A DNA stretch of 64,000 nt, taken from the NCBI GenBank assembly GCA_001769125.1, contig MEOG01000132.1:11628-75627 (forward strand). The letters run 5' to 3'. Both the position numbers and the translations under genes were made by a program. Under the pieces are notes generated by a model that had not been told where the DNA came from, searched no databases, and worked only from the letters and a program-made list of their open reading frames with translations. Positions 17,100 through 26,426 of this stretch are shown in pieces. Origin of the DNA: Bacteroidetes bacterium GWF2_35_48. GTDB lineage: Bacteria; Bacteroidota; Bacteroidia; Bacteroidales; GWF2-35-48. Numbering within the stretch: position 1 is the stretch's first letter; each line of letters begins with the position of its first letter.

Positions 17100-19532
17100 A
17101 TGAAAAACCTATTTCACATTCTGCTGTTTTTACTGTTTTTATCGTCAGTTTTCTCGCAAAAGAATCTTAATTTTTACAAGAAAAAATATTCTTGCAAGTC
17201 TGACACATGCGCAATAAATGCGATGATAGAAGACTATAAAAAAATCAGAAAAATCAATCTGGATTCTGCTGTTCTGATTATAAAAAATGCTCATAAATTT
17301 GCTGAAAAAGTAAATGAAATTAAAACACGTTGCAGCACTACATATTTTCTGGCAGACGCTTTTGCCTATCAGGGAGATTATAAAAACAGTAATTTATATC
17401 TCGACACTGCTTTGTCCATAGCAGAAACAAATAATCTTATAAAACTCAAAGCAGAAATTCTCAATTTATTCGGCATTAATTACTCCGATCAGGGAATGTA
17501 TGAAAAATCGCTGGATTATTACAATCAGGCAAAAAATATTTCTGTACAAAATCATTTCAAAGACATGGAAGCCAAAGCAAACACGAATATTGGTGTTACA
17601 TATTACTTTCTTGGCGACCTTAATAAGGCCATTGAATATTATCTGAAATCACTCTCCATTCTTGAAGAACTAAAAGATTCTGCAAATGTTTCTATCTCCC
17701 TGTCAAATTTAAGTGTATTCTTTCAGGAAAAAGGGCAGTTGGATAAATCTTTGGAAATGCTGCAAAAAGCACTTGTATACACACCGGAATATGAACAGCG
17801 AAACCGTAGTGACGTATATAATAATATGGCGGTGACTTATACTAAAATGAAAAATATTCAGGAAGCTGTTAAATATTACAACCTGACAATTGAGATGAAA
17901 AAACACATCAACGACTATAAAGGAATGGCCATGACTTATCATAATCTGGCAGATATTTATAATAAACAGAACGATTATAATAAAGCTGAAACCTGCGCAC
18001 TGAAAGCCATTGAGCTTGTTTCAGGAAAAGATGTTCCTGCCCACGAAGCAAATTTCTTACGCGGTCTCGCCAATGTATATTTTGAAAAGGGTAAAATAAA
18101 AAAAGCATTACCCTATATTTTAAAAAGCAATGAAATAGCGCTGAAAATAGATAACAAAGCTTTGGTTCGCGATAATTATTTTCTTATTGCCGATATGTAT
18201 CGTGGCATTGGCGATTATAAAAAATCTACAGATTTCATGTTTTTTTTTCAGGCATTAAATGACACTTTGCAGAAAACTGAATTTGCTGAAAATATTGCGG
18301 AGATGGAGGCCAAATATCAAAACGAAAAAAAGCAGAAAGAGATAGAATTGCTTCAGGCTGATAAAAAAAATCAGGAACTCGAAATTGAACGCAGAAAACT
18401 GTTTCAAAAAGCACTTTTCATAGGTCTTGCTATGGCTGTTCTTTTGATAATTGTTGTTACCATCAGCTATTTTCAGAAAAGGAAAGCAAACAGAATTTTA
18501 AAAGAAAAAAATGAAGAGATCAGCCAGCAGAAAGAAGAGATAACTACGCAGCGCGATGAAATCCTTGCAAAAAATGAAATTCTTTCGCAACAAAAGGAAG
18601 AAATAGAAACACAGCGCGATGAAATTCTCCTGAAAAATGAAATGCTGCAACAACAAAATGAAGAAATATCGGCGCAAAGAGATGAAATTGAAGGGCAAAA
18701 ACATATTATCGAAGAAAAAAACAAAGAAGTAATGGACAGCATTCATTATGCTCTTCGGATTCAACGCGCAATATTACCTCACGAAAATCTTCTGAAAAAT
18801 TCTTTGTCCGATTTCTTCATTTTTTACAATCCCCGTGATATTGTAAGCGGCGACTTTTATTGGTTTGCGCACAAAGAAGATTTTCTTCTTGTGGCTGCAG
18901 CAGATTGCACGGGACATGGCGTTCCCGGCGCATTTATGAGCATGCTCGGCATTTCTTTTCTAAATGAAATAATTGAAAAAAATGAAACCTGCTCCTCAAA
19001 TTTCATGCTTGATGAATTAAGAAATCATATTGTTTTTGCACTGCAACAGGGAGATGATAAAACCAATTCTTCCGTCTCATCATCGGTAAAAGACGGAATG
19101 GATATCGCACTTGTGGTCATAAATCTGAAAACAGGACTGCTCCATTTTTCCGGGGCGAATAATCCTGTATATGTGGCATCGCCCCATGGTATGGCATCAT
19201 CGTCCCATGGGACGATGTTACATGCCATAACCCCCGACAAACAACCTATCGGTCTGTATGAGAAAATGGAGCCCTTTACGGTTAAAGAATTACAATTACA
19301 GAAAGGCGACAGCGTGTACCTGTTTTCAGACGGTATTGCAGATCAGTTTGGTGGTCCAAAAGCCGATAGCGGTGGAAAAAAATTCAAATATAGCCGACTG
19401 AAACAATTATTCATAGACAACAATCATTTGTCAATGCAGGAACAAAAGCAAATAATAATATCGGAAATTAGAAAATGGCAAGGTACGCTCGAACAAGTTG
19501 ACGACATGCTCCTAATAGGTCTGAAATACTAA
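17100..19532 (+). CDS. TPR-repeat sensor, single TM helix, E/Q-rich heptad coiled coil, PP2C/SpoIIE-family serine phosphatase (810 aa)
   Basis: Signal/TM N-terminus, ~8 TPR-like repeats, TM helix ALFIGLAMAVLLIIVVTISYF. Three 21-aa repeats follow (EEISQQKEEITTQRDEILAKN and relatives). The SpoIIE/PP2C blocks are DSIHYALRIQRAILP, SGDFYWF, ADCTGHGVPGAFMSMLG and DGIADQFGG. Confidence 0.85.
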   Translation: MKNLFHILLFLLFLSSVFSQKNLNFYKKKYSCKSDTCAINAMIEDYKKIRKINLDSAVLIIKNAHKFAEKVNEIKTRCSTTYFLADAFAYQGDYKNSNLYLDTALSIAETNNLIKLKAEILNLFGINYSDQGMYEKSLDYYNQAKNISVQNHFKDMEAKANTNIGVTYYFLGDLNKAIEYYLKSLSILEELKDSANVSISLSNLSVFFQEKGQLDKSLEMLQKALVYTPEYEQRNRSDVYNNMAVTYTKMKNIQEAVKYYNLTIEMKKHINDYKGMAMTYHNLADIYNKQNDYNKAETCALKAIELVSGKDVPAHEANFLRGLANVYFEKGKIKKALPYILKSNEIALKIDNKALVRDNYFLIADMYRGIGDYKKSTDFMFFFQALNDTLQKTEFAENIAEMEAKYQNEKKQKEIELLQADKKNQELEIERRKLFQKALFIGLAMAVLLIIVVTISYFQKRKANRILKEKNEEISQQKEEITTQRDEILAKNEILSQQKEEIETQRDEILLKNEMLQQQNEEISAQRDEIEGQKHIIEEKNKEVMDSIHYALRIQRAILPHENLLKNSLSDFFIFYNPRDIVSGDFYWFAHKEDFLLVAAADCTGHGVPGAFMSMLGISFLNEIIEKNETCSSNFMLDELRNHIVFALQQGDDKTNSSVSSSVKDGMDIALVVINLKTGLLHFSGANNPVYVASPHGMASSSHGTMLHAITPDKQPIGLYEKMEPFTVKELQLQKGDSVYLFSDGIADQFGGPKADSGGKKFKYSRLKQLFIDNNHLSMQEQKQIIISEIRKWQGTLEQVDDMLLIGLKY

Positions 19533-19537
19533 TACAC

Positions 19538-21982
19538 ATGGTAAATCTGTTGAAAATATCAATTAATTTTCTGCTTCTTTTCTGTTTTTTTATTATTATT
19601 ATTTTTGCAAAAGCAGGCACAACAAAAATTGACAGTTTAGAAAATTTACTGAAATCATCTTCAGATACAAGTCGGCTATCCACCATTATTTTACTTGTTT
19701 GGGAGTACAGAGGGATTAATCCGGACAAAAGTTTATCCTATGCAGAAGAAGGATATCTGCTTGCTGACAAACTAAAACAACCTCTAAAAAAAGGGAAGCT
19801 TTTTAGTCAGGCAGGTAATGTTTATTTAAGATTAGGCAACTTTCATAAAGCACTTGAATATTTCAACAAATCTCTTGTTATTCATAACCGCGAAAAAGAT
19901 ACTTCCGGAATAATGACCTCGCTAGGGAATATTGGAAATTGTTATGGTTATATGGGCGATTATGAAAAAAGTGAAAAGTATCTTTTGCGTTCTGTTGAAA
20001 TTTCAAAAAAATCGGGAATTAAAAAAAACATATCGGCAATACTGGGAAACCTTGCAATTATATATGTTGACAGAGGACAATTCTCCAAAGCATTAGAATA
20101 CTATCAGGCTGCTATAACAGCTTGCGAAGAACAAAACGATCAGAATAATCTTAGCTTTTGTCTGGCAAATATAGGGCAATTATATTACCAGCTTGAAAAT
20201 AACAAGGAAGCTGTATCTTATTTAGAAAAAGCAAGAAAAATTAAAGAAAAACAAAATGATAAAAAAGGTCTCGCCAATATTTATCAAAACCTTGGTGTGG
20301 TAAAACATGCAATGAAGGATACCGCAAAAGCTGTAGAATATTGCTCACGTGCGCTTGCCCTGCGTGAAGAAATAAAAGATATATATGGGCTTGCAGAATC
20401 CTATAATTTCTTTGCTACCCATTCGCTGAATACAGAGAATATAAAAGAAGCAATTGAATTTGCACTGAAAGCTTTGAATTTGCAAGAAAAAATGGACGAT
20501 AAGCCTGGGCTTGTTGACTCGTACCTGACTCTTGGAAAAGCATACAGGAAAAACAATGAACAACAGAAAGCAGTTCAAGCTATTCAAAAAGCGATTGAAA
20601 TCGCTACACCCATAGGTATCAAAAGGCAAATCATTGAAGCAAACAAAGAACTTGCGAGATCTTATTACAAGCTTCACAAATTCAAAGAAGCGTATGACTA
20701 TTTCAATATTTATGCGAATTTGAAGGACTCTATTCTTTCGGAAAACACACAGAAACAAATCGCAGAAATGCAGACAAAATATGAAACAGAAAAAAAAGAA
20801 AAAGAAATTGAATTACTCAATAAAGATAAATTATTGAATGAAACAGAAATAAGAAAACAAACCCTTTTGCGAAATTCATTCATAATTGGATTTGCGCTGC
20901 TATTAATACTTGCTTATCTTCTTTATACACGCTATAAAATTAAAAGAAAAGCAAATGAAGAACTTACTTTAAAAAATCAATTGATTTCCCAACAAAAAGA
21001 AGAAATATCTGCGCAACGTGACGAAATCCTTCTGAAAAATGAAGTATTGCAGCAAGCGAATGAAGAGATTACTACACAACGCGATGAAATTGATTTGCAG
21101 AAAAAAATTATTGAAGAAAAAAATCATGAAGTAATGGACAGTATCCATTACGCACTTCGAATTCAGAATGCCGTTATTCCGGATGAAACAATATTACAGA
21201 TTACTTTTGCAGATTACTTTATTCTCTTCAAACCAAAGGATATTGTTTCCGGTGATTTTTTCTGGTTTGCAAAAAGAAAACAATGGATACTTTTTGCAGT
21301 TGCCGATTGCACCGGACACGGCGTTCCCGGAGCATTCATGAGCATGCTGGGCATTAGCTTTCTTAATGAAATTGTTGCACGCCACGAAGTTCAAACAGCA
21401 GCCGATGCGCTTAATGAATTACGCAATGGAATTATAAAAGCCCTGAAGCAGAATATTTCTATAGGAAATAATAATTCTAAACAGCCATCAATCATAAGAG
21501 ACGGTATGGACATTGCCTTTTGCGCCCTGAATACCGAAACCCTCGAACTGCACTTTGCAGGGGCAAATAATCCCCTTTGGATTATTAAATTTGAAGATTT
21601 GAAAATGAATCAATTTGAAAATGAAATGTCATTATCAAATTTTCAAATTAATCAATCTTCAAATAATATTTTTGAAATCAAAGGAGACAAACAACCCATT
21701 GGTATTCACGAAAAAATGAACCCTTTTACAAATAATAAAATCCAACTTAAAAAAGGAGATATTCTTTATCTTATGAGTGATGGTTTTCAAGATCAATTCG
21801 GCGGTCTTTCAGGAAAAAAATTCATGACCAAAAAACTTAAAACCCTGCTTTCGGATATTTCCACAAAACCCTTGAAGGAGCAATACAGTATTTTAGAAAA
21901 AAAACTTTTCGACTGGCAGAACATTAATGACCAAAAATACCAGCAAACAGATGATATTACTGTTATGGGTATAAAAATATAA
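19538..21982 (+). CDS. Paralogous TPR-TM-heptad-PP2C/SpoIIE phosphatase (814 aa)
   Basis: Same architecture and motifs as the upstream gene (ISQQKEEISAQRDEILLKNEVLQQANEEITTQRDEI; DSIHYALRIQNAVIP; ADCTGHGVPGAFMSMLG). Separated from it by 5 nt. Confidence 0.85.
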   Translation: MVNLLKISINFLLLFCFFIIIIFAKAGTTKIDSLENLLKSSSDTSRLSTIILLVWEYRGINPDKSLSYAEEGYLLADKLKQPLKKGKLFSQAGNVYLRLGNFHKALEYFNKSLVIHNREKDTSGIMTSLGNIGNCYGYMGDYEKSEKYLLRSVEISKKSGIKKNISAILGNLAIIYVDRGQFSKALEYYQAAITACEEQNDQNNLSFCLANIGQLYYQLENNKEAVSYLEKARKIKEKQNDKKGLANIYQNLGVVKHAMKDTAKAVEYCSRALALREEIKDIYGLAESYNFFATHSLNTENIKEAIEFALKALNLQEKMDDKPGLVDSYLTLGKAYRKNNEQQKAVQAIQKAIEIATPIGIKRQIIEANKELARSYYKLHKFKEAYDYFNIYANLKDSILSENTQKQIAEMQTKYETEKKEKEIELLNKDKLLNETEIRKQTLLRNSFIIGFALLLILAYLLYTRYKIKRKANEELTLKNQLISQQKEEISAQRDEILLKNEVLQQANEEITTQRDEIDLQKKIIEEKNHEVMDSIHYALRIQNAVIPDETILQITFADYFILFKPKDIVSGDFFWFAKRKQWILFAVADCTGHGVPGAFMSMLGISFLNEIVARHEVQTAADALNELRNGIIKALKQNISIGNNNSKQPSIIRDGMDIAFCALNTETLELHFAGANNPLWIIKFEDLKMNQFENEMSLSNFQINQSSNNIFEIKGDKQPIGIHEKMNPFTNNKIQLKKGDILYLMSDGFQDQFGGLSGKKFMTKKLKTLLSDISTKPLKEQYSILEKKLFDWQNINDQKYQQTDDITVMGIKI

Positions 21983-22002
21983 ACTCGCTTTTTTGTTAAT
22001 AC

Positions 22003-22112
22003 ACCTGAAACCTGCAACTTTCAACAACTTGTCAACCTTAGTGAACCTTAGTGTCCTTAGTGGCTTAGTGGTAAAATATAACATCCAACCTGTAACCCAT
22101 AACCTGCAACAC
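22003..22112. repeat. Third copy of the 'ctgcaac/cttagtg' intergenic unit
   Basis: The core ccttagtgaaccttagtgtccttagtggcttagtggtaaaatataacatccaacctg is nearly identical to 14057-14110. It is flanked by aacctgcaac motifs. Confidence 0.75.
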
Positions 22113-22191
22113 CCCACTCCCCACCAATTCGCTAATTTCACACAATTAAAAGTTCTTATCCAAGGTTTTTTACAGAACAAATCAAAAAATA

Positions 22192-22199
22192 TTACTTTT
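22192..22199 (+). promoter_or_regulatory. Candidate -7 box TACTTTTG upstream of glnS
   Basis: Matches TAnnTTTG, ~24 nt upstream of the ATG at 22223. Confidence 0.35.
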
Positions 22200-22222
22200 G
22201 TACGAAATTTTTTATAAGCAAA

Positions 22223-23920
22223 ATGGAAATAAAATCAACAGAACCAAAAGAACCCAGAGAAAAAGGGATTCATTTTATTCATCAGATAATAGAAGATGAT
22301 AACAAAACCGGAAAATTCGAACAACGCGTGCATACCCGTTTTCCCCCGGAACCTAATGGTTATCTTCACATCGGGCATGCGAAATCTATATGCCTGAATT
22401 TTGGAACTGCCGCTAAATATGGAGGGCTCACAAATTTACGCTTCGACGATACCAATCCCACAACAGAAGATACCGAATATGTAGATTCTATAAGAGATGA
22501 TATCCGCTGGCTTGGTTTTTCATGGGACGACCGTGAATATTATGCCTCTGATTATTTCGAGCAATTGTATGCATGGGCTGTTGAACTTATTCGAAAAGGA
22601 AAAGCGTATGTTTGTGATATGAGTGCGGAAGAAATGAGCGCGAACCGTGGTAATCCTTCCGTTCCCGGAAAAGAAAGTCCATCGAGAAATCGCAGCGTGA
22701 AAGAGAGTCTGGATTTGTTTGAAGGTATGCGAAAAGGCGAATTTAAAGAAGGTGAAAAAACCCTGCGTGCTAAAATAGATATGGCTTCTCCTAATATGCA
22801 CATGCGCGACCCGGTTATGTATCGAATTATGCACGCACACCATCACCGAACAGGCGACAAATGGTGCATATACCCGATGTACGATTATGCACACGGTCAA
22901 TGCGATTCTATTGAAAAAATAACACACTCGATATGTACGCTTGAATTCGAAGTGCATCGCCCGCTGTACGACTGGTTTGTGAAAGAATTAGGCATCTACG
23001 CTCCGCAGCAGATTGAATTTGCACGCCTCAACCTGAGCTATACGGTTATGAGCAAACGCAAACTTCTGCAATTGGTAAAAGAAAATTATGTCAATGGATG
23101 GGACGATCCACGTATGCCAACTATTTGCGGACTTCGCAGAAGAGGTTACACTCCGGAATCGCTGCGGAATTTTGCTGAAATCATTGGCGTTGCAAAACGC
23201 GATAATGTAATTGATGTTGCATTGCTCGAACATTGTGTACGTGAAGATTTAAACAAAAGGGCTTTTCGTGTTATGGCTGTTTTGAATCCTGTAAAACTTG
23301 TTATAGATAATTATCCGGAAGATACCGTTGAAATGCTTGATGCAATAAATAACCCGGAAGACCCTGAAATGGGAACACGTCAAATACCTTTCTCAAAAGA
23401 AATATATATAGAGAAAGACGATTTCATGGAAAATCCATCCAAAAAATATTACCGTTTATCGCCCGGTGCAGAAGTACGTTTGCGTTATGCCTATTTTGTG
23501 AAATGTACGCATGTTGTAAAAGATTCTGATGGGGAAATTACTGAAATTCATTGCACATTAGATCCCGCTTCACGTGGAGGAAATTCTCCGGATGGCAGAA
23601 AAGTTCAGGGCACCATTCATTGGGTATCTGCAACAAAAGGAGAACAGGCAGAAGTGCGGCTTTATGATCGTCTTTTCGTTAAAGAAAATCCCGATGATGC
23701 AGAAGAGGGAAAAGATTTTAAAGACTATCTGAATGCAGATTCTTTAAAACTTATTACTGCTGTTGTAGAGCCTTATCTGAAAGATGCAGATACAAACATG
23801 AAATACCAGTTTGAACGCATTGGATATTTTTGTTTTGATAAAGATTCATCAACGGAAAAATTAGTTTTCAACAGAACTGTAACACTAAAAGACTCTTGGA
23901 CAAAACAAGCAACAAAATAG
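22223..23920 (+). CDS. glnS: Glutamine--tRNA ligase
   Basis: Class I signatures [12 protein letters not shown] (HIGH) and VMSKRK (KMSKS). FIHQIIEDD and RFPPEPNG are typical of GlnRS. 565 aa. Confidence 0.93.
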   Translation: MEIKSTEPKEPREKGIHFIHQIIEDDNKTGKFEQRVHTRFPPEPNGYLHIGHAKSICLNFGTAAKYGGLTNLRFDDTNPTTEDTEYVDSIRDDIRWLGFSWDDREYYASDYFEQLYAWAVELIRKGKAYVCDMSAEEMSANRGNPSVPGKESPSRNRSVKESLDLFEGMRKGEFKEGEKTLRAKIDMASPNMHMRDPVMYRIMHAHHHRTGDKWCIYPMYDYAHGQCDSIEKITHSICTLEFEVHRPLYDWFVKELGIYAPQQIEFARLNLSYTVMSKRKLLQLVKENYVNGWDDPRMPTICGLRRRGYTPESLRNFAEIIGVAKRDNVIDVALLEHCVREDLNKRAFRVMAVLNPVKLVIDNYPEDTVEMLDAINNPEDPEMGTRQIPFSKEIYIEKDDFMENPSKKYYRLSPGAEVRLRYAYFVKCTHVVKDSDGEITEIHCTLDPASRGGNSPDGRKVQGTIHWVSATKGEQAEVRLYDRLFVKENPDDAEEGKDFKDYLNADSLKLITAVVEPYLKDADTNMKYQFERIGYFCFDKDSSTEKLVFNRTVTLKDSWTKQATK

Positions 23921-24070
23921 GTAGTGTTTGCAAGAAAACGCCAACTACTGCGTTACTCTTGTCATGAAAACAGTCATTTACAAAAGTAAACTTCTTGGTT
24001 TTCATGACTTCGAAAGCCTTGTATTTGACGTTTTCTTTATCAAACACATAGTTTTCTTGCGGACACTAGG
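23921..24070 (+). repeat. Palindromic element family 'P-long', copy 2, with a duplicated right end
   Basis: Begins right after the glnS stop. Left arm agtgtttgcaagaaaacgccaa (23923-23944) pairs with ttgacgttttctttatcaaacac (24025-24047). Inner stem is tcatgaaaac/gttttcatga. A second right-end copy tagttttcttgcggacactag lies at 24049-24069. Confidence 0.75.
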
Positions 24071-24108
24071 TATACTAATTACAAGAAAAATGTACGGATA
24101 GATTTGTA

Positions 24109-24166
24109 GCAAGTTGCAGGTTACAGGGTGGTTGAGCGGAGTCGAAACTAACCTGCAACCTGCAAC
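24109..24166. repeat. Hairpin repeat: gttgcaggtta ... taacctgcaac flanking a ggtggttgagcggagtcgaaac core
   Basis: 11-bp inverted arms at 24113-24123 and 24149-24159. The core is related (inverted) to the ..tttcgactccgctcaa.cacc units at 61411-61440. Confidence 0.6.
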
Positions 24167-24201
24167 AATTATATTGTAATTTGTAACCCATTCTTTACAC
24201 A

Positions 24202-25731
24202 ATGTACGAACAGCTAAAAACAATTTTCCTGTACCACGAAGACAGTCCCATGCTGTTCTCTTCTTTCTTTTTCTGGGGCTTTTTCTTTGTTATATATTTA
24301 TTTTATAGTCTTCTTTATAAAAAAAATAACTGGCGAAACATTTATCTTTTTGCCATCAGTTTGTTTTTTTATTACAAATCCGGAGGTTATTTTTTTTCTC
24401 TGCTTATAATTTCAACGCTCGTAGATTATTCGATGGGGATGCTAATCGGCAAATCTACTTCTTCTGCAAAAAAGAAAATCTATTTAATAACAAGTGTAAT
24501 TCTGAATTTATCGCTGCTATTTTATTTCAAATACTCCTATTTCATTATTGATTCCATCAATCAGTTATTTCATACTAATTTTGAAGTTGTGAACCTGCTT
24601 GCAGAATGGACGAATGCGATTGCAGGAACAAATTTTAATGTAAGCGATATTATTTTACCTGTGGGAATTTCTTTTTACACCTTTCAATCACTAAGCTATA
24701 CCATTGATGTGTACAGAGGGAAATTACAACCGGTAAAAAGCATCATAGATTTTGGATTTTTTATTTCATTTTTTCCACAACTCGTGGCAGGACCTATTGT
24801 TCGCGCCTCTGAATTTATTCCGCAGCTTTTACAAAAATATAAATTAACAAAACAACAATTCGGGCATGCCGTTTTTCTTATTCTGAACGGACTTCTGAAA
24901 AAAATGGTAATATCAGATTTTATTTCCATCAATTTTGTGGATCGTATTTTTGAAGACCCGCTTGCTTACACAGGTTTTGAAAATTTAATGGGAGCTTATG
25001 CGTATGCAATTCAGATATATTGTGATTTCTCAGGATACACGGATATCGCTATTGGCGTTGCGCTTCTGCTGGGATTTACATTGCCCATAAATTTTAATTC
25101 TCCCTATAAAGCAACAAACATTACAGATTTCTGGCGACGCTGGCATATATCTCTTTCAACATGGCTCAAGGATTATCTGTATATTTCATTGGGTGGAAAT
25201 AAAAAAGGACGGATACGCACCTATCTGAATTTATTGATAACAATGCTTCTGGGCGGCTTGTGGCATGGTGCCAGCATTAAATTTATTGTATGGGGCGGTT
25301 TGCATGGAGTAGCATTGATGTTTCATAAAATATGGTTGAAAATATCGCCTTTCAAAAAAATAAAATCAGCTTTTTTATATATTTCAGGAAGAATTATTTC
25401 AATAATTATAACCTTTCATTTTGTCGTGCTTACATGGATTTATTTTCGCGCTTTAGACATAGATTCTATTAATATTATTTTCCGCAAAATATTTTACGAT
25501 TTTCAGTGGAACATGGTTCCTCAAATTATCGTATCTTATGCAATGGTTTTTGGATTGCTGCTATTTGCTTTTATCATTCACTGGCTTCCTGCTTCTTTCA
25601 AAGAGTATTACAGGGGCATGTTTATCAAATCGCCGATATACGTGAAAGCGATTACAGTTGTTCTTGCCGTGTTTATTATAATGCAGTTTAAAACATCGGC
25701 TTTGCAGCCTTTTATTTATTTTCAGTTTTAA
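24202..25731 (+). CDS. MBOAT-family membrane O-acyltransferase (AlgI/DltB-like)
   Basis: Multi-pass membrane protein with FYTFQSLSYTIDVYRG, DFWRRWHISLSTWLKDYLYISLGG and the conserved His block GGLWHGAS. Confidence 0.88.
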   Translation: MYEQLKTIFLYHEDSPMLFSSFFFWGFFFVIYLFYSLLYKKNNWRNIYLFAISLFFYYKSGGYFFSLLIISTLVDYSMGMLIGKSTSSAKKKIYLITSVILNLSLLFYFKYSYFIIDSINQLFHTNFEVVNLLAEWTNAIAGTNFNVSDIILPVGISFYTFQSLSYTIDVYRGKLQPVKSIIDFGFFISFFPQLVAGPIVRASEFIPQLLQKYKLTKQQFGHAVFLILNGLLKKMVISDFISINFVDRIFEDPLAYTGFENLMGAYAYAIQIYCDFSGYTDIAIGVALLLGFTLPINFNSPYKATNITDFWRRWHISLSTWLKDYLYISLGGNKKGRIRTYLNLLITMLLGGLWHGASIKFIVWGGLHGVALMFHKIWLKISPFKKIKSAFLYISGRIISIIITFHFVVLTWIYFRALDIDSINIIFRKIFYDFQWNMVPQIIVSYAMVFGLLLFAFIIHWLPASFKEYYRGMFIKSPIYVKAITVVLAVFIIMQFKTSALQPFIYFQF

Positions 25732-25733
25732 AA

Positions 25734-26321
25734 ATGAAAAACAATTATTCCAATACCTCCGCCCTGATTCTCGCTGCCGGCTTATCTCAAAGAATGGGAA
25801 GTCCAAAAGCATTGCTGAAATTTAACGAAACAGAAATTTTTCTCACACAAATTATTAATCAGTTTTTAAATTCAGGAGTTAGCAATATTGTTGTTGTTGT
25901 CAATAAGGAAGTGCATGAATTATTGCAAAAAAAACATCCTGATATATTTCAAAAATGCAAAATATGTATTAATCCGGAACCCGAAAAAGGCAGAAATATT
26001 TCAATAAAAAAAGGCATTGCAGAAATTACCACAGATTATTGTTTTATTCACAATGTGGATAATCCTTTTGTGGATGAAAAAATTGTAAATATTTTATTGC
26101 ATCAAAAAGAAAATGCAGATGTAATAATTCCATGCTATGAAGGAAAAGGAGGGCATCCGGTATTGATAAACAGAAAGGTTATGTATGCAATACATGCAAT
26201 GCCTCAACATCTTTCATTCAGAGATTTTTTAATGCAGTTTAAACCTATGCGTATTGAAACCAATGTGAAATATATTTTAGTGAATATTTCTACTCCAGAG
26301 GATTATAAGCGGTATTTTTGA
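25734..26321 (+). CDS. MobA/MocA-like nucleotidyltransferase family protein
   Basis: N-terminal ALILAAGLSQRMGSPKALL (NTP-transferase glycine-rich loop), ~195 aa. Starts 2 nt after the MBOAT stop. Confidence 0.7.
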   Translation: MKNNYSNTSALILAAGLSQRMGSPKALLKFNETEIFLTQIINQFLNSGVSNIVVVVNKEVHELLQKKHPDIFQKCKICINPEPEKGRNISIKKGIAEITTDYCFIHNVDNPFVDEKIVNILLHQKENADVIIPCYEGKGGHPVLINRKVMYAIHAMPQHLSFRDFLMQFKPMRIETNVKYILVNISTPEDYKRYF

Positions 26322-26393
26322 GTTTCATCTGTATATCGGTCATATTCTCTCAATCGCATAAACCCTTGAGGTCTCATAGTGCCTATCCAAAGG

Positions 26394-26411
26394 AAACCCG
26401 CCGGGGTTTTT
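26394..26411. terminator. Short stem-loop terminator between convergent genes
   Basis: aaaccc-gccg-gggttt followed by a T run (26407-26410). Confidence 0.45.
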
Positions 26412-26426
26412 AGGTGCGGATATTGC

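Noticed and set aside
18473-18764. Minus-strand ORFs opposite the heptad-repeat regions (also 56569-57471 plus-strand opposite the PAS-PP2C gene)
   Set aside because: They are artefacts of the periodic GAA/CAA-rich coding repeats. The sense-strand proteins carry clear domain motifs.
21893-22217. ORFs 21893-22180(-), 21993-22217(+), 24002-24223(-), 48488-48670(-), 48498-48725(+), 47271-47516(-)
   Set aside because: They are composed almost entirely of the intergenic repeat modules, giving translations such as LQVASCRF and LSGLVVKYN, or they run through palindromic hairpins. There is no independent coding evidence.
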